Assembly: GCA_951406725.2 (NCBI GenBank)
Contig: OX597827.1
Coordinates: 38,130,001 to 38,194,000 of the forward strand
From: Octopus vulgaris
Taxonomy: Eukaryota
Reading direction: 5' to 3'
DNA: 64,000 bases
This document shows, piece after piece, positions 1 to 10,990 of the stretch. Position 1 is the stretch's first letter, and the number at the start of each line of letters is the position of its first letter. Made by a program: the position numbers and the translations under genes. Below the pieces are notes generated by a model. The model searched no databases. It worked only from the letters and a program-made list of their open reading frames with translations, and was not told the origin of the DNA.

Positions 1-2211
1 GGGAGTTGAAATTGAAGAAGAAAGTAAGTTGAATTGGGAATTTAAATTGTAGAATCATAATGGTAATGGCGATTTTCAAGTTTTAGCATAAGAAGAAGAA
101 GAGGAGGAAAAAGACCGCCAATGGCTGAAAGATGGGAAGAGATGGGATTACGGCTTGAGGTAGCCTAAGGTTAAATTTTGTAGAGAGATAGGAAAGATAA
201 ATCAAGTTATGGCGAAGGCTTGAATGTAGCCTAAAAGGTTAAATTTTCGTAACAATGTATGAATAAACGTAGTAACAACGAATAAAAATAGTAAGATAAA
301 TTTTTAAGAACTTGCTGCGGACATCGATCGGGAGTTGAAATTGAAGAAGAAAGTAAGTTGAATTGGGAATTTAAATTGTAGAATCGTAATGGTAATGGCG
401 ATTTTCAAGTTTTAACATAAGAAGAAGAAGAGGAGGAAAAAGACCGCCAATGGCTGAAAGATGGGAAGAGATGGGATTACGGCTTGAGGTAGCCTAAGGT
501 TAAATTTTGTAGAGAGAGAGATAGGAAAGATAAATCAAGTTATGGCGAAGGCTTGAAAGTAGCCTAAAAGGTTAAATTTTCGTAACAATGTATGAATAAA
601 CGTAGTAACAACGAATAAAAATAGTAAGATAAATTTTTAAGAACTTGCTGCGGACATCGATCGGGAGTTGAAATTGAAGAAGAAAGTAAGTTGAATTGGG
701 AATTTAAATTGTAGAATCGTAATGGTAATGGCGATTTTCAAGTTTTAGCATAAGAAGAAGAAGAGGAGGAAAAAGACCGCCAATGGCTGAAAGATGGGAA
801 GAGATGGGATTACGGCTTGAGGTAGCCTAAGGTTAAATTTTGTAGAGAGAGAGATAGGAAAGATAAATCAAGTTATGGCGAAGGCTTGAAAGTCGCCTAA
901 AAGGTTAAATTTTCGTAACAATGTATGAATAAACGTAGTAACAACGAATAAAAATAGTAAGATAAATTTTTAAGAACTTGCTGCGGACATCGATCGGGAG
1001 TTGAAATTGAAGAAGAAAGTAAGTTGAATTGGGAATTTAAATTGTAGAATCGTAATGGTAATGGCGATTTTCAAGTTTTAGCATAAGAAGAAGAAGAGGA
1101 GGAAAAAGACCGCCAATGGCTGAAAGATGGGAAGAGATGGGATTACGGCTTGAGGTAGCCTGAGGTTAAATTTTGTAGAGAGAGAGATAGGAAAGATAAA
1201 TCAAGTTATGGCGAAGGCTTGAAAGTAGCCTAAAAGGTTAAATTTTCGTAACAATGTATGAATAAACGTAGTAACAACGAATAAAAATAGTAAGATAAAT
1301 TTTTAAGAACTTGCTGCGGACATCGATCGGGAGTTGAAATTGAAGAAGAAAGTAAGTTGAATTGGGAATTTAAATTGTAGAATCGTAATGGTAATGGCGA
1401 TTTTCAAGTTTTAGCATAAGAAGAAGAAGAGGAGGAAAAAGACTGCCAATGGCTGAAAGATGGGAAGAGATGGGATTACGGCTTGAGGTAGCCTAAGGTT
1501 AAATTTTGTAGAGAGAGAGATAGGAAAGATAAATCAAGTTATGGCGAAGGCTTGAAAGTAGCCTAAAAGGTTAAATTTTCGTAACAATGTATGAATAAAC
1601 GTAGTAACAACGAATAAAAATAGTAAGATAAATTTTTAAGAACTTGCTGCGGACATCGATCGGGAGTTGAAATTGAAGAAGAAAGTAAGTTGAATTGGGA
1701 ATTTAAATTGTAGAATCATAATGGTAATGGCGATTTTCAAGTTTTAGCATAAGAAGAAGAAGAGGAGGAAAAAGACCGCCAATGGCTGAAAGATGGGAAG
1801 AGATGGGATTACGGCTTGAGGTAGCCTAAGGTTAAATTTTGTAGAGAGAGAGATAGGAAAGATAAATCAAGTTATGGCGAAGGCTTGAAAGTAGCCTAAA
1901 AGGTTAAATTTTCGTAACAATGTATGAATAAACGTAGTAACAACGAATAAAAATAGTAAGATAAATTTTTAAGAACTTGCTGCGGACATCGATCGGGAGT
2001 TGAAATTGAAGAAGAAAGTAAGTTGAATTGGGAATTTAAATTGTAGAATCGTAATGGTAATGGCGATTTTCAAGTTTTAGCATAAGAAGAAGAAGAGGAG
2101 GAAAAAGACCGCCAATGGCTGAAAGATGGGAAGAGATGGGATTACGGCTTGAGGTAGCCTAAGGTTAAATTTTGTAGAGAGAGAGATAGGAAAGATAAAT
2201 CAAGTTATGGC
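1..2211. repeat. Tandem array of ~333-bp units (about 6.6 copies visible, continues past the left edge)
   Basis: Unit starts (gggagttgaaattgaag) at 1, 330, 663, 996, 1329, 1662, 1995; units nearly identical; the first is 329 bp because of a shorter (AG)n run; the last breaks off near 2211. Confidence 0.97.
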
Positions 2212-2797
2212 AAATGTATGTATGTATGAATATGACACAATATTATCTATCTGTCTGTATACATATGTATGTTTATACAGAAACTCATTTATCAACAAAA
2301 TCATTAAAGATATTTAGTCAATTGGAGATATGACTATAGAAAGCATGAAATGTTTTATTTTCGAAAGCATTAGCTTTATTTAACTAAATGTTTCTAACAA
2401 TCACATAGAGAAATTTGTGTTTATCTGTGTACATACATTCACACATACTGAGAGACAGCTAGATAATGAATACAGTTATATTCATAAGAATGGGTATGTG
2501 TGTAGTGTATCATTGTATAGGGAATGAAAGACTTGACAGACTGAAAGAATGGAGATTCTTATTTTTTTACTTTGAATGTGCACGATGGTGTATAGTGTGT
2601 GTGTGTGTGTGTATGATGATATATGTCGGATTGTGTGTATTTCTGTAGGTGAGTATATATGATGGTGTATGTTGCTTTGTGTATGTATATGATTGTATTT
2701 GAAGATGTATATTGGTTCATTGCTTCATATGATAAAAAGCAGTGTAATTTTTATTAGTCAGCAGAATTACTAAGTCTAGCATGCTCTGTTTTTACAG

Positions 2798-2852
2798 GAA
2801 CACAAGTGAAAGACTTGGTGGCCGACAAACAAACATTCAGGCTGAAATAAAT
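2798..2852 (+). CDS. RNASEH1: RNase H1-like protein, internal exon (NTSERLGGRQTNIQAEIN)
   Basis: tttacag acceptor and gtaagc donor; matches the RNase H1 motif RLPGRQTNQRAEI containing the catalytic Glu; upstream exons are outside the window. Confidence 0.85.
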
Positions 2853-3071
2853 GTAAGCCATTCTATTTAAGTTTTCAAGTGAAAGTAATGAGAGAATTAT
2901 TTGTTGGGAAGCTCCGCATTAATTGACACCTTGTGTGTGGTTTTGGGTGACTTCATCTGAAGGCACAAAAACTCTTCCCCTTCTTGCTATTGTAACTTCA
3001 ACCTTTATATTTAAGCATCTAGAGATGTTTTTGTTTAGTCTTTATCTAAAATGAAATTATTTTGTTTGCAG

Positions 3072-3156
3072 GCTGCCATTAGAGCTGTTGAACAAGCAAA
3101 GGCCAAAAATATTTCAAACCTTACTATCAACACTAGTAGTGAGTTCATAATGAACA
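3072..3156 (+). CDS. RNASEH1: RNase H1-like protein exon (AAIRAVEQAKAKNISNLTINTSSEFIMN)
   Basis: ttgcag/gtaagt; aligns without gaps to RNase H1 AACKAIEQAK...LYTDSMFTIN; TDS reads TSS. Confidence 0.87.
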
Positions 3157-3639
3157 GTAAGTTATGTTTGTTTCTCCTATGAATCAACTAATCCTTAACC
3201 TATTTAGTGTTTGTGGATGTTATTCCCTAACTTCTTTCATTTGGAACCCAAGTATTTTACTTCTATCAGTGAATGTCCAGAGGATCTCTTAGTGTTGTGT
3301 GTGACTGCATCCTATTGCAAAATTACTATATGTTAAGGTTGAAGAAGAAAATTGAGCGTGTTATTCACCTTTAGCAGCAGGGCTTTTTACAAGTAGTCTT
3401 CCAGGAACAAATTGGCAGGACTTACTACAGATGTTTATGTGTTTGTTGGTCAGCTTCATTGTAGCAAATAGCAGCTGGAGCTACACTTATCTTTGCTCTT
3501 CACAGAATATTTGTACAAGTAAGTCTGTTACAGGTAATATTTATGTGGAATACTTTTGTTTTTATTTTTCAGTTTGTTTATCAACTTCTCATTCATCATA
3601 ATATTGTTATTTCTGTTTGTATAGCTGTGCTTGGGAAGA

Positions 3640-3940
3640 CTCATTGAACCAAGTGACACCATAGTCACGACCATTGCCAGTGTCATGTGAATGGCACCTG
3701 TGAAATCGTAGTCATGGCTGTTACTGGTGTCATGTAAAAGGTGCCCATGCCAGTGGCACATAAAAAAGCACCCATTACACTTTCGGAGTGGTTGGTATTA
3801 GAAAGGGCATCCACCTGTAAAAACCATGCCAAATCAGACTGGAATCTGGTGCAGCTTTCCAGCATGCTACTTCCAGTCAAACCATCTAACCCATGCCAGC
3901 ATGGTAAACAGACATTAAATGATGATGATAATGATGATAG
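3640..3940 (+). mobile_element. RTE-LINE-related 3' end / non-autonomous element with (GAT)n tail
   Basis: gaaagggcatccacctgtaaaa...aacccatgccagcatgg...(gat)n motif shared with many copies in the window. Confidence 0.7.
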
Positions 3941-4775
3941 CCACACCCACATCTCTCATGTCACAGGCATTATTTTATTAACCATACATATCTTGGAACT
4001 ATTGGGTCATCCCATAAATAATGTGGTTTTTTTGTACTTCTTTTATTTTTCAAAATTAAGATAAACAAAATTATTTTCTAGTCTAAAATATACTCTCCTT
4101 CATTTTCTACAATGCTCTTCCATATATCTGGTAGACCTTCCCCTCTTCCAAAATTCACTTGTCTGTGATGAAAAATACTCCTCCAGTACAGTTCTGACCT
4201 CATCTGCAGAATTCCTATTTTTTAGCCCAAATAATTTTGAAGACTGTGTGTTACTGTCTTTTTGTGTTGACATGGTGTAATAGTTGTAAACAAATGTCAT
4301 TGCCATGCAAGCAGTGTCCTTTGTTTCTAATCTTCTATGGTCTTGAGGAAATATTACTTTACTTAGAAACAAAGTAAGGGTTGACAATAGGAAATGCATC
4401 TGGCTGTAGAAAATCTGCCTTAACAATTTCAGTCTGATCCATGCAAGTATGGAAAAATGGATGTTAAATTATGATGATGATGGTTTCTCTGGTGTTTGCT
4501 GTCATTATTGACTTCCATGATAATTACTTTGTGTATTTGTGCATCTTAATCATGAGAAAAGTGGGTCCTTAATCTGAGCATCAACACTTCAGAGCTTGCA
4601 ATAAATTTAAATTAAAAGGAACCAAGAGATTAACACAAATACTTGCAACAGAATAAGTTAGAGGCCATTAGTGACCAGAGGGTAGTGTTACGCTGGGTGG
4701 GATTTTAAATGTAACACCAACGAGTTAGGCCTAAGACAATAATGTTAAATCTGTTCCTTCTCTCCCTCACACCAG

Positions 4776-4900
4776 GTATGACTAAATGGTTGGAGGTTTG
4801 GAAAAAGAATAACTGGACGAGATCAGGTAGAAAGAAACTGATAAACAAAGAAGATCTGCAGAAATTGGATAAGAAATTGGAGGGAATCAATGTTAAATGG
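4776..4900 (+). CDS. RNASEH1: RNase H1-like protein exon (SMTKWLEVWKKNNW...INKEDLQKLDKKLEGINVKW)
   Basis: Polypyrimidine tract with accag, gtaagt donor; classic W..W...W basic-protrusion motif and N.ED; phase consistent with the previous exon. Confidence 0.92.
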
Positions 4901-7130
4901 GTAAGTTTAAGCAGGACGAACTGGGAAGCTAAAAGAAAACTCTATCATGACATCTAAACCAACTGAAGGATTTTATTCTGTGTGTGTGTGAGAGAGAGAG
5001 AGAAAACATGTTTGATTGTGTGCTTTGTTTTTTTTTTCCATTGTGGTCTAATTAGAAGAGGTTAAGATTACTTATCAAGGTTTGCAAAGATTTTGGTAAG
5101 AGATTAGAAAATCTGACTGTAATTTTGGAGGAGAAAAATTTTTCAGTCTGTGTGCTTTTTACCTTTCCTACTGATCATCTTGATGATATAATAGAAGTTG
5201 ATGATGGTATGAGAGGTTTCTTCCATATGTTGCAGACTGTTAGGTTTGGTTGTGTGAGCAGTGTGGAAGGATATATCTAGGAGAATGGTTTCAGTCCCAC
5301 ATTTAACTGTCTGATGAGTCAGAGGTGAAACATGTGTTGTGAAGGGTCATCAGTGTAGAACTGGTAGAGTGTCAACCAGTGAGTTGAGGTACCAGAGAAC
5401 TGGCAAGGGTTGTTGTGCTTTGATTAGCTGTAAGTTGGAGCATTCTGTGAGGTGCAACTGTAAAAATGTTGTTGTTTTAACCCTAATTGAACAGACTTAT
5501 GACCAAAGGTATTCTAGCCAAGGCCATGCATCTTTTCTGAAGTATGTCCTATTCCAAGACAGCAGGGTGTGATTTAAGAGAAATTTAGCTTTTTCTAGCA
5601 AGTTGTTACTACTTAGATGCTCTCTCCTCCCTTCTCTCTGATTATGAAGTAAAAGCTTTGAGGTAAGAAATAGATCAATAATTTTTTAATATTTAATTTT
5701 ATGGATTTGGGCAGGTGACAACACAAATTAGTGCAAAATTTAGGGATGGAAAACTGCTCATCCTCAACAGTAGCTGCATTGGTGTAGGAGGAGTGAGAGA
5801 GGAAAGAAATGTGATGAGAATAAGTACAAAGAAAGGTGAGGCAAGATGTCATCAGTGTAAAATAATTGGTAGTTGAACTACTGTTGATGTTGGAGAGGTT
5901 TGAAAAAAGTAGTGGCTATAAAGAAACTTAGCAGGGAGACTTAGAGCCACAGTAACTGGAAGTCTTTTTGCTTCCACTCTCTCCTCTTCTCATCTGGTTA
6001 TCAACCAAATAATACTTTTCAGTGTGTGAAGGTGGAATATAGAATGTAGTCTGAACAACAGATGAACTGGAAATAGATGAGAAATAGCTGGCACAGAAAA
6101 GAATAAAATTTGAATGAGGGAGGAGAAAAGCAAGTATGCATATGTACACCCCTGCCACACACATCCTTAACTCTCTTAAGTTTGTTTCAACTACTGAATG
6201 AACTAGCACAAAGAATTACAAGGTTCCAGATGAACTAGTCTCATTGACAGATTGTCAAAGAACTCTAGAAGAATTAAATGTCATTTTAATCTCTGATTAA
6301 AAATTTTAGTAGATGCCTAGAAAATTTTTCATGTCTAAAAATGTTAGTAATAACTTTCTATTATTCAAAGAAACAAGAAACTTTTCTTTAATAACCAATT
6401 AAAATAGTCATAAACAGTTGTTATTATATATTGCCTAGCACTTAGAAGAAAGGGGTTTTAAAGAAAATAGTGTATTTGAATGGTTGTTTTTAATTTAAAA
6501 AAACACTATTTTATGAATGAATCAATGCTTAAAATTTTAGACATGAATTTGAAACAGAAAAGGCAAGATACCTACTTAACTCTTTTGAGAGAAATGTTAG
6601 TATAATTTGTAACTTGATTAACCAAGGAATGGTCAGTACTTAATAACAAACCAGTGGGACTGGTTTATTGTAATTAGAATTATTATTAAAAGAAAGAAAA
6701 GTGGTGGCCTTGTGCGAAAATTAGAAAGAATTATCAATATTAAGGTTCATAGAAATGAATTGTGTTCATGGCCCATGTAGGCCCTCTAAGAGTGGTTAAG
6801 TTGGCTGCTTCAAGTTGATTGCTACAGAAAGAACTAGGGCAGGAAGGGAATTCCAATGGGATGTTATTCAGGGAAGGGAGGGAGTTGGAAATGATTATTG
6901 TAGGCCTGGGAATACAATATGCATGTTTCAAATTGGTACTAATAATGTTTAGAGATTTTTAAAATTATTATTTTATTTAATTTTATAGTTTAATGAGAGT
7001 TTCTCTAATTTCTATTCTCAGTCTCCGCATAGGAGAATAAAAATAGATAGGCTGTGGATAGCCTCCTCCTCTTTACATCAACAAATAAATATAAAAATTA
7101 TTTTGATTGTATATTATTTCTATTTCCTAG

Positions 7131-7214
7131 GACCGTGCGGATAAATGTTGTGCTGAACACAAAGCTGCTAACATTTTGGCCAAAAAAGGAGCAAAACTTC
7201 CTCTACCTGAGTAG
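7131..7214 (+). CDS. RNASEH1: RNase H1-like protein, last coding exon (DRADKCCAEHKAANILAKKGAKLPLPE*)
   Basis: ttcctag acceptor, phase 0; AANILAKKGAK aligns to EADRLAREGAK; TAG at 7212-7214; AATAAA at 7249. Confidence 0.78.
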   Translation, partial: DRADKCCAEHKAANILAKKGAKLPLPE

Positions 7215-8949
7215 ATTTTCCTGCATGTTGTTATTTGAAATGTCAACAAATAAATCATAAAGTCACACACACACACAAACACAGTCTCTCTCTCTCTCTT
7301 GCACAGATATAGTGATAAGCATAATCTTACAATAATACTTTCCAAACATCCTCTCACAAAGATATATAGTAGTATTTCTACAATAAAAGATATATGCATT
7401 CATAATTTAGTTCATGTGGTTATTTCTTGTTGGTGCGTTAAATAATTATGATACAAGTGGCATAATTGAAATATGTTTACAATAAAATAGCAGAGAAAAT
7501 ATAAAGACTCCAGTTACAAAGAAAAAGTGATTAGCCAGTCATCTGGCAAACAATGTGCTATTCTTATACTTTCAGTGAGTCTGTTTCTCTTTTCTAACCA
7601 AAATTAGTTTTTATGTCTGTGTATCATCATTATTTTTATATCCCATTTTTCAGACAGACATGGGTTGGACAAGACTACAACACTAGCAAATCTACCCATC
7701 TATGATGGGGACATAAAATGAGGGAGGGCGGTCACAGGAGCAGTATGTATTGAGAAATGTATAAATGGACTTGATAGATTACTGGGTGATGTCTTAAAGA
7801 AATCACATTATTGTTGGTGATGCAGCATTCTATTGCAGCTACATGACATATTTGCGACTAAGTGACATGTGATGACAATTCACTCCCGAATTGAAATAAG
7901 CTTCTAGCCTCTGTATCCTGAATGGTTATGGGGACCACACCTAACAAAAGCCAGACCTTCCTTCAATCACTACACAAAAAGTATTAAGAAAAAAAATGTT
8001 ATTTAGATATACTTTTATTTTAGTTGTTTACGCTATTTTATGCAGGCTTATAGTCTTAAACATTCAAAGTTCACAAATATCCATATTTAAATTGTGAATC
8101 ATATTCCTTTCAATAATATCAATATGATTACAAAACTTCTTTGTAGACGATATTTTCTGTTTGGTCAACACTAATTTTCAAATTACTGGAGTCCTTTTCT
8201 CTACTCATAGCAACATATAACTGGCTGTGCATAAACATCAGAACAGGTAAAAATACTCCTACACGGTCTAAAGTCTGGCCTTGTGCCTTGTTTGCTGTGA
8301 ATGCATGACTAGAATCTTTAGGAATCTGCCCACCTATGATGGGAAATAAAGGGATAGTATCGCAAGTCTAAACCCTCAAAATTCATGAACTATATAGTGA
8401 GGGGAATCCAGAGTTAATCCTCGTCACAGGAATTTAAAAAAAAAAAATCAAAGGTGATTTATTGATACAAAACTCGATATACACTAAATAATCATACTTC
8501 TTCACATTTTTTCCTATTTACCTCCTTTGTAATCCGGCCATTTGACCATGAAAAGGGTGCAGACAGACGGAAGGACATAACACTCATTATAAGAAGTTGA
8601 CTTACTTCCCTTTACTTCTTTTATTAGTTATCTCCCCCGTAATTTTTATTTACTTTTTTACGCCTGTGAACTGAACAATTACCTTCAATATCCAGTAATA
8701 ATCGTAATTTTTCATGTTTTTTTCACAAAAAACTTCCCTGATTTCCTCCTTCATAATTCTGAAAAACACTGATCCAGCTCTTTGACCATGAAGAGGGCAG
8801 AGACAGATGGATATAACGCCCATTATAGTAAAATGATATCCTTCCTGTCACCAACTCTTGTTTTTTTCTTTTTTTAAGTAAGGTATTTTTATTCCATTAG
8901 TATTAACATGTTGCTGCCAATGAAACTTGAGCTACAGGATGCATTGTTT

Positions 8950-9355
8950 AACTTGGTAGATAAAGCAATTAAGGGTATGAAGACAGGAAAGCTTCCAGCC
9001 CATCAGGAATCACCGCAGAGATGCTTAAAATATCTAGCAGTGTTGGCTATTGTCTAGTCAACCGTATAGTCAATCAGGTGACATATGAAAGAGGAGCAGC
9101 ACCATAGTCAACTGCTACAAAAGTAAAGGTGATGATGTATTAGATACGAATAATAATAGAGGTATTAAGTTGTTGGATCAGGTAATGAAAGTCACGGAGA
9201 GGGTCAGTTTAGATGAGATGCAGTTTGGGTTTGTGCCAGGAAAAAGCACCACTAATGCTATATTTCTGGTAAGACAACTGCAGGAGAAATACCCAGCCAA
9301 AGATAAATCTCTGTACCTGGCTTTTATTGACATAGAGAAAGCCTTTGACAGACCT
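8950..9355 (+). mobile_element. RTE-clade LINE reverse transcriptase fragment
   Basis: KAIKGMKTGK...ITAEMLK and QFGFVPGKSTTNAIFLVRQLQEKY...AFIDIEKAFDR; frameshifted. Confidence 0.88.
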
Positions 9356-9499
9356 GGGATGAGGTGGGCCTCACAGTGGCGATGACAAGTTTCTCCTCCC
9401 ATTCATTCTCCACATTCAGCAGTCTTTCATAATAGTATTTTGAAGCCTCTTCTTTGCATAATCATTAAATACAAGTGCACCATCATCCATGCAGACACA

Positions 9500-10300
9500 T
9501 TTCTCTCCTATGACATCATGATTTCTCTCATAAATTGTCTTGAAATCCGAAACACTCTGTATTTAAGAGCAACACTGCATCCTGCTGCTTGGTGAGAATG
9601 TAATCAATCTGGCTAGCGTAGCCACCTGATTGGTAGGTTATCAGCTGGCTGGTCAGCTTCTTGAAGTTAGTGTTGCAGATCAATAGGTTATTTGCATTAC
9701 AGAACACCAGTAGCCCTGTTCCCTCCAATTCCATGGCCCCCATGTACATCATGGAAAATACCGGGCTGCCGTTTGATATGCTCATTGAAATCCCCAGCCA
9801 CAAAGATGAGATTCTTGTCATTTGTCTTGGAGGTAGCCTGCAGGAGAATATCATAAAAATAGTCCTTCTGTTCATTTAGTAGGCTTGCTTGTAGGGTATA
9901 GACAGAGATAATTGATGCTATGCTATTCTGCAAGACTAGCCTAAGCTTAAGCACTCTATTGCTCACTCTGACTACTTCTATGACCTTATCTACCCATTTC
10001 TCTGCAAGAAGTATACCTACACGTCTTGCCTGTGAGGAACATGGCTGAAGCTCCTCCCCACCTTACCTCCTGAATGCAGCATACAACAACATGCCTCCAT
10101 TCAAGCAGCTCAACAATCTTGCAAGATCTACTTTTCAATGTGCCTATATTCACAGTGCCAACCCTGAGAACTGGGTAAGGGACACTGGAGGTTACATGGG
10201 CAGGAGAGATGGTATTGGGCACCTGAAAAGAAAGTTTCAGTGATTGTTTGGCAACCGAAATGTCACATCGGTTCGTCTCGCTTTAACCTACCATCATTCA
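9500..10300 (-). mobile_element. RTE-clade LINE AP-endonuclease fragment (5' end of element)
   Basis: Motifs RVGTVNIGTL, CIQEVRW, ISVY, VAGDFNEH, SQIDYIL spread over three frameshifted ORFs. Confidence 0.88.
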
Positions 10301-10955
10301 AACATGTTAAAATTGATATCCCTATTGGTAGTGAGTAGCGTTGTAAATATAAGCATTACTGCCGCAAATATAAATAGGTCAATGTATAAATTAATTAAAT
10401 AAATGATCTGCCATGGTTATTCCGTTATATATAGGGAGAAAGAGGTAGGTGGCATGTTAATTTACTAATAATTTCCTAAGTAACATATCACCCTTTGGTG
10501 CATGCAGTTTTGTTGGAAGGAGGGAAGAAGGTATGTAAGTCTTCTGGTTCAGAAGCAAGGCAGAGCCCTGTAGGGGTTTCCAGTATAGGTGGTGGGGGCA
10601 CTGCAGACAAGCAATGGCCAGTTTACTATTGTTGGGGAGAGAGACATGACTATATTGAGAGACATAAGTAAAACAAGAATGCAGACAAATTTTAGAGAAC
10701 AATGTCGAAAACATTATGAAACAGTGACAGAGAACTAAGATTTTAGGGAATTACAGTTTGAAGGTTATTTGAAGAATCAAACATGTAATATAAACATGAT
10801 AGTACATGTTGGTATTACGGGTTACATGAGTGAATGAATGAATGAGGCAATTGAGAAAATGAGAGAAAAATTCTTAGCTATGCATATTGCAAAACAACAG
10901 TGAATCAAGTGGCGTAAAAGTCTAAGAAAACATGTGCTAAAGATCCTTTATAAGA

Positions 10956-10990
10956 ACTACAGCCGGAAGTGGTCAAATAAGATGGTCAGT
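10956..10990 (+). promoter_or_regulatory. Orphan promoter-like motif cluster (ETS CCGGAAGT, YY1-like AAGATGG)
   Basis: actacagccggaagtggtcaaataagatggtcagt; ETS-type motifs also mark the three gene promoters in this window. Confidence 0.45.

Noticed and set aside
1-2211. Tandem array as a CRISPR array or a repeat-protein gene (333 is a multiple of 3)
   Set aside because: There are no unique spacers, the context is eukaryotic, and no ORF of 60 aa or more is reported in the array.
5640-6350. Possible LINE RT remnant in the RNase H1-like intron
   Set aside because: Only faint motif resemblance; too degraded to call.
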